Source: Candidatus Kuenenia stuttgartensis | GTDB lineage: Bacteria; Planctomycetota; Brocadiia; Brocadiales; Brocadiaceae | Direction of reading: 5' to 3' | NCBI RefSeq assembly: GCF_900232105.1 | Contig: NZ_LT934425.1 | Coordinates: 2,100,001 to 2,132,000 of the forward strand | DNA length: 32,000 nt | Shown here: in pieces, positions 29,756-32,000 of the stretch | How the letters are laid out: each line of letters opens with the position of its first letter | Numbering within the stretch: the first letter of the stretch is position 1 | The notes under the pieces: generated by a model | Database searches by the model: none | What the model was told of the DNA's origin: nothing | The model's input: only the letters and a program-made list of their open reading frames with translations | Position numbers and translations under genes: made by a program

Positions 29756-29961
29756 TTGTCATTGCGAGGGTCTTTTCCGAAGCAATCAATATACTACGAG
29801 ATATTTTGTGACATAAGAGACGCCATATCGCGGGAGAAAGAAGCAAATTAAGGGTGGCTCAAGGGCTAAAAAATAGAATTAATTAATGGAATGAATGCAG
29901 GATGGAAGGATCTCTATTACGGTTTATGAGGTTGCTTCGGAAAAGACCCTCGCAATGACAA
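29756..29961. repeat. Element bounded by a perfect 30-bp inverted repeat
   Basis: TTGTCATTGCGAGGGTCTTTTCCGAAGCAA (29756-29785) and exact complement (29932-29961); no ORF supported within. Confidence 0.88.
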
Positions 29962-29994
29962 AGCGGATACCCGCGTAATGACAAAATGAGTCAT

Positions 29995-30104
29995 CAGTCA
30001 TCATGTTTCATTTGCAACACCCAGAAACGATGAAAAATGGTTTTATAACCATATCGTGTTGTAGTATCTGTACTTAAACTATTTTTTGTAGTCTTATTTT
30101 CGAG
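29995..30104 (+). repeat. Copy B of an approximately 109-bp direct repeat
   Basis: See copy A at 29531-29639. Confidence 0.88.
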
Positions 30105-30167
30105 CCAGATCGGTCATGTTAGTCTTTTTTCAAGCGTAATTTTTTAATCTGAAAGAGTCAAAGCAGG

Positions 30168-30479
30168 TTGAAATGCAAGAATTTACTGGAATATCGTTTA
30201 AGAGTAAGATATTTTCACCAGGCAGATATAAGTATGATTGACCACAAGCTAAACAAATTATATGAATCTACTAATCGCCTAATCAAAACAATACTAGTTC
30301 GTGCAGGTGCAATACCAGTTTTGGTAGATTCTGGCCCCATTACCTGGAATATGGATGTGGGGAAACTCAAGATTAAGCTTGAGGATGAGATTGATAGAAA
30401 AGGGAATAAGAAAATAAAGGTGATTATGGTAGTTCATATCTACGGTCTTCCGGTTATATTGGCCGGATTTAGATGTTGA
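30168..30479 (+). pseudogene. Remnant of a DegT/DnrJ/EryC1-type PLP sugar aminotransferase
   Basis: Short ORF includes 'RAGAIPVLVDSGPITWNMDVGKLKIKLEDEI...KKIKVIMVVHIYGLP', resembling the 'GAxPVFVDxDPxTxNxD...AIxxVHLYG' segment of the family; flanking N- and C-terminal regions absent. Confidence 0.55.
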
Positions 30480-30596
30480 TCTGGAAATTGACAACCTTGA
30501 AAATCCGTAAAAATATCCTTTAAAATCAAAAGTAGATAAAGGATAAACCTTCTTTGAGGTAAAGATTTTTATAGAAAAAACGGAGGACTTGCATTT

Positions 30597-31586
30597 ATGG
30601 AGGTGTTCAATCCACACGACAAATTTTTCAAAGAGACATTTTCCATACGGGAGAATGCAATCGATTTTCTTCGCGGGACGTTTCCCCCGGAAATTTTAAA
30701 AAAGCTGGATTTATCCACTTTAACACAGGATAATAACTCATATATCGACGAGGAACTCAAAGAACATTTTTCAGACATTGTATACACCTGTTTCTGTAAA
30801 GACAAAGAACTCCGGATAACCCTTTTATTCGAGCATAAGAGTTATGCCGTAGCATGTCCATATCTACAGTTGATGAAATACCTTTTAAAGATATGGGAAT
30901 CGAACAGCAAACAGGCGCAAAGGCTCATACCGGTAATTCCGGTGATATTGTATCATGGCAAAGAGACGTGGAACGTCAGGCGATTCAGAGACTATTTTGA
31001 AGGGATAGACGAGGTATTCTTTAGATTTATACCGGAGTTTGAATATCTGCTGACTGATCTGAGTTTCTACAGTAACGAGGAAATAAAGGACAAGGTATTT
31101 AGAAGGGCATCCCTTCAAATAACCATGTTATTAATGAGGAACATATATAATGACAAAATTCTGGGAGATAAGCTAAAGGTATTCTTTGAAATAGGGAAGC
31201 AGTATTTTGAAGAGGGTGAAGGATTAAAGTTTCTGGAAAGTGTAATCAGGTATTTGTACTATGCGTCGGATATATCGGAAGAACGGGTAATAGATACCCT
31301 GAAAGAGGTATCAGAGGAAGGAGGTAAATTGAGTATGACAATAGCGGCTCGATTAATAGAGAAAGGCAAGTTGGCTGGTATAGAGGAAGGCAGAAAGGAA
31401 GGCAAAGAGGAAGGCAGGATAGAAGGCAGAGCGGAAGGTGCGATAGAGGGCGAGAGGAAGGGAAGGTTAAAAGGTAGGATAGAGGGCATAATGGAGGGCT
31501 GGAAAGATGGCGAGTGGAAGGGTGAAAGGAAAGGTCGGATAAAAGGTCTAAGGCACTGTCCAAAAATAATTTGGTATTTTTATTAA
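30597..31586 (+). CDS. Rpn-family (PD-(D/E)XK; TIGR01784-like) recombination-promoting nuclease/putative transposase; 3' end interrupted by IS
   Basis: 329 aa; N-terminal 'NPHDKFFKETFSIRENAIDFLRGTFP', 'ITLLFEHKSYA', 'VIPVILYHGKETWNV'; C-terminal EG/KG-rich repeats; final residues read into adjacent IS sequence. Confidence 0.88.
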   Translation: MEVFNPHDKFFKETFSIRENAIDFLRGTFPPEILKKLDLSTLTQDNNSYIDEELKEHFSDIVYTCFCKDKELRITLLFEHKSYAVACPYLQLMKYLLKIWESNSKQAQRLIPVIPVILYHGKETWNVRRFRDYFEGIDEVFFRFIPEFEYLLTDLSFYSNEEIKDKVFRRASLQITMLLMRNIYNDKILGDKLKVFFEIGKQYFEEGEGLKFLESVIRYLYYASDISEERVIDTLKEVSEEGGKLSMTIAARLIEKGKLAGIEEGRKEGKEEGRIEGRAEGAIEGERKGRLKGRIEGIMEGWKDGEWKGERKGRIKGLRHCPKIIWYFY

Positions 31587-32000
31587 TTTAGTTAAGTGAA
31601 ATTGTATAATTCCAATCTGGCAAGACACTGTGTTTGTTTATGTTTATTTCTTTCATTTGGTCATCAGTGATTTTGATTCCTTTTTGGTATTCTTTCTCGT
31701 TAAGAATGGCTTGTACGAGAAGACCCGCTCTTGTTGTAGTGCCAGCAATTAAACTTAGCATAACATCATAAGACCTCAAAGGATTCCCTTCCCAATTTTT
31801 ACTGATAAAACTAAACAGACGATGTTCTACCGGATTCCATTTTGATGCTCCTGAGGGATAGTGGCAAATCCTGATGGAGAGTCCGTAAACTTTACAAATA
31901 TTTTGATAAAGCGCATATTTCCACAACCGGGGACGAAATCCGTTGCTCCCTCCTGCGTCACAAAGAATAAGGAGTTCTTTTGCGCATGGATACCTCTTCC
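31552..32000 (-). mobile_element. Partial ISAzo13-like element, truncated by window edge
   Basis: Putative terminus starting GGCACTGTCCAAAAATAA at 31552, adjacent to the 3' end of the transposase gene; layout parallels the element at 8166-9461. Confidence 0.7.
31588..32000 (-). CDS. ISAzo13-like family transposase, C-terminal part (open at window edge)
   Basis: Complement translation continues upstream of the track ORF without a stop: ...KRYPCAKELLILCDAGGSNGFRPRLWKYALYQNICKVYGLSIRICHYPSGASKWNPVEHRLFSFISKNWEG... Confidence 0.88.
   Translation of the reverse strand, partial: KRYPCAKELLILCDAGGSNGFRPRLWKYALYQNICKVYGLSIRICHYPSGASKWNPVEHRLFSFISKNWEGNPLRSYDVMLSLIAGTTTRAGLLVQAILNEKEYQKGIKITDDQMKEININKHSVLPDWNYTISLN

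Noticed and set aside
29605-29811. 68-aa ORF in the repeat region
   Set aside because: Spans a repeat, a G-tract and part of the inverted repeat; coding potential unlikely.
30490-30535. TATCCTTT/AAAGGATA small inverted repeat upstream of the Rpn gene
   Set aside because: Short, AT-rich and long loop; expected by chance at this composition.
31246-31563. 105-aa antisense ORF (PSILPS/PLCLPF-like repeats)
   Set aside because: Reverse complement of the Rpn repetitive tail; apparent repeats are composition-driven.

Overview
The window looks like a mostly vertically inherited chromosomal segment. It suggests a Planctomycetota-like, possibly anammox-lineage bacterium, but that is inference from gene content and style only. 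Core genes include a two-component system beside a transglutaminase/TPR lipoprotein, a radical SAM/SPASM protein with C-terminal PCP-reductase-like repeats, TPR lipoproteins, a ParA ATPase with a membrane-anchored partner, and birA. They also include an unusual groEL-groES-groEL cluster, dnaJ, two small Zn-ribbon proteins, der, a UvrD/PcrA helicase, and a nifS-nifU-tusA sulfur/Fe-S cluster. The right end (about 26.4-32 kb) is repeat- and IS-rich. By eye I could delimit one complete ISAzo13-like element (23-bp TIRs, possible TTA TSD) and one complete IS1634-like element (14-bp TIRs, 6-bp TSD TTCAAG). A second ISAzo13-like element is cut by the window edge and interrupts an Rpn-family nuclease gene. 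The strongest undescribed candidates are two short non-autonomous (MITE-like) elements, at 16783-16908 and 28693-28968. Each has perfect terminal inverted repeats beginning GTAAC and an exact 8-bp target duplication, a layout resembling IS66-type ends. No CRISPR array, tRNA, rRNA or recognisable multi-gene defence system was found.
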